A stretch of 64,000 bases of DNA from Malacoraja senta (Eukaryota), in NCBI GenBank assembly GCA_038087875.1, contig CM075996.1, positions 2,854,001 to 2,918,000 on the forward strand. The letters are read 5' to 3'. The position numbers were made by a program, and so were the translations under genes. Shown here in pieces: positions 62,670-64,000 of the stretch (positions are counted from its first letter, which is position 1; every line of letters begins with the position of its first letter). The notes under the pieces are model-generated. The model did no database searches, was not told the origin of the DNA, and was given only the letters and a program-made list of their open reading frames with translations.

Positions 62670-64000
62670 TAACAGAATCAGAGACAGACACAGATAGCTA
62701 GAGAAACTCAGCAGCTCAGGCAGCATCTCTGGAGAAAAAAGGATGGGTGACGTTTCGGGTCAGGACCCTTCGTGAGACCCAAAACATCACCCATTCCTTC
62801 TTTCCAGAGATGTTGCCTGACCCGCTGAGTTACTCCAGCACTTTGTGTCTATCTTTGGTATAAACTAGCATCTGCAGTTCCTTGTTTATCTCAACATAAT
62901 CAGGTTTTGTGGTTGAAAGACACCACTGTCGAGAACTTGGGAGGGAGGTCGACTTAATTACTCATTAACTCATAGAAAAGAATTGTTTTTTTTAGTTCAG
63001 AGATACAGCACAGAAACAGGGCCTTCGGCCCACCCAGTCTGCATCGACCAGCGATCCCCGCACATTAACACTATCCTACAAACACACAAAGGACAACTTA
63101 CATTTATACCAAGCGAATTAACCTACAACGTCTTTGGAAGGTGGGAAGAAGCCAGAGCCCCTGGAGGAAACCCACACGGTCCCAGACAGTACCCATAGGT
63201 AAAGAATACCAAATCTTACCCTTTTGTCAGGATCAAACCAGGGTCTCTGGCGCTGTATGGCAGCAACTCTACCACTGCGCTACTGTGTAGGAAGGAACTG
63301 CAGATGCTGGTTTATCCCAAAGATAGACACAAAATGCTGGAGTAACTCAGCAGGACAGGCAGCATCTCTGAAGGGAAGGAATGGGTGACGTTTTGGGTGG
63401 AGACCCTTCTTCAGACTACACCACTGTGCCGTCCCCTTCTTGACACAAACACTCATCTATGCCACCAAAGGTAGACCACGGCTGTTGTACACATCATCTA
63501 TAAAGTGCACTGCGGTGACCTGTCTGGGATTCACGAAACAAACACACTGTACAAAATCAAGTCAGCATCTCGTGCAGTTCAAATGCCAAAACCTCAGGCT
63601 GCTAAATCACATTGAAGGACCAGCAGACTTCAGATGAACTTTGAAGTAAACTGATAGCAGTGGCAAGCAGAAGCGAAAGCAAATTAAGCTTACGCAAGAT
63701 TTGGCAAAAGTCAATCATGTGGAAAAACATCCAACAGGTTGCAAGGTCTGCCAGTTCCGCATCAAAGTGCAGAGTGTGCAAGATCAATAGGGTTTTACTG
63801 CAAGATACACACACAATTCTAGAGTAACTCAGCGGGTCAGGCAGCATCTCTGGAGAAAAGGAATAGGTGATGTTTCAGGTTGAGACCCTTCTTCAGACAA
63901 AGTTTGTGACATGAAACAGCCCCCATTCCTCCTCTCCAGAGATGCTGCCTGACCCGCTGAGTTACTCCAGTATTTGTGTATATTTTCCGTGTAAACTAGC

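Overview
Repeat-rich eukaryotic vertebrate DNA. The repeats (HE1/V-type tRNA SINEs, CR1, Rex1/Babar, Penelope-like elements) point to a cartilaginous fish, probably a skate or ray (inference). Two protein-coding genes are supported, both on the minus strand and both incomplete here. (1) DLGAP5/HURP: four in-phase 5' coding exons at 5762-98, with a CpG-rich promoter carrying seven CCAAT boxes and a CHR-type TTTGAA element. (2) CSNK1E (casein kinase I epsilon): four internal coding exons at 49629-41372; I found neither its first coding exon nor the exons after the 171-nt one, and the gene runs into a 200-N scaffold gap (40221-40420). Most other sequence is nested transposon debris. The most interesting pattern is a very abundant ~100-200 nt unit from the Penelope terminal repeat that carries a minimal hammerhead-ribozyme-like core (CTGA[A/T]GA-A-GGGT-YYCG-RCCC-GAAACGT[C/T]). 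It occurs alone, often with 12-21 bp target-site duplications, and as long palindromes. Also seen: PIF/Harbinger-type MITEs, a nested hAT-like composite insertion, a SINE-head-like minisatellite, and a candidate unidentified plus-strand gene start at ~38.9-39.06 kb. No database searches were run; family names come from motif recognition by eye.
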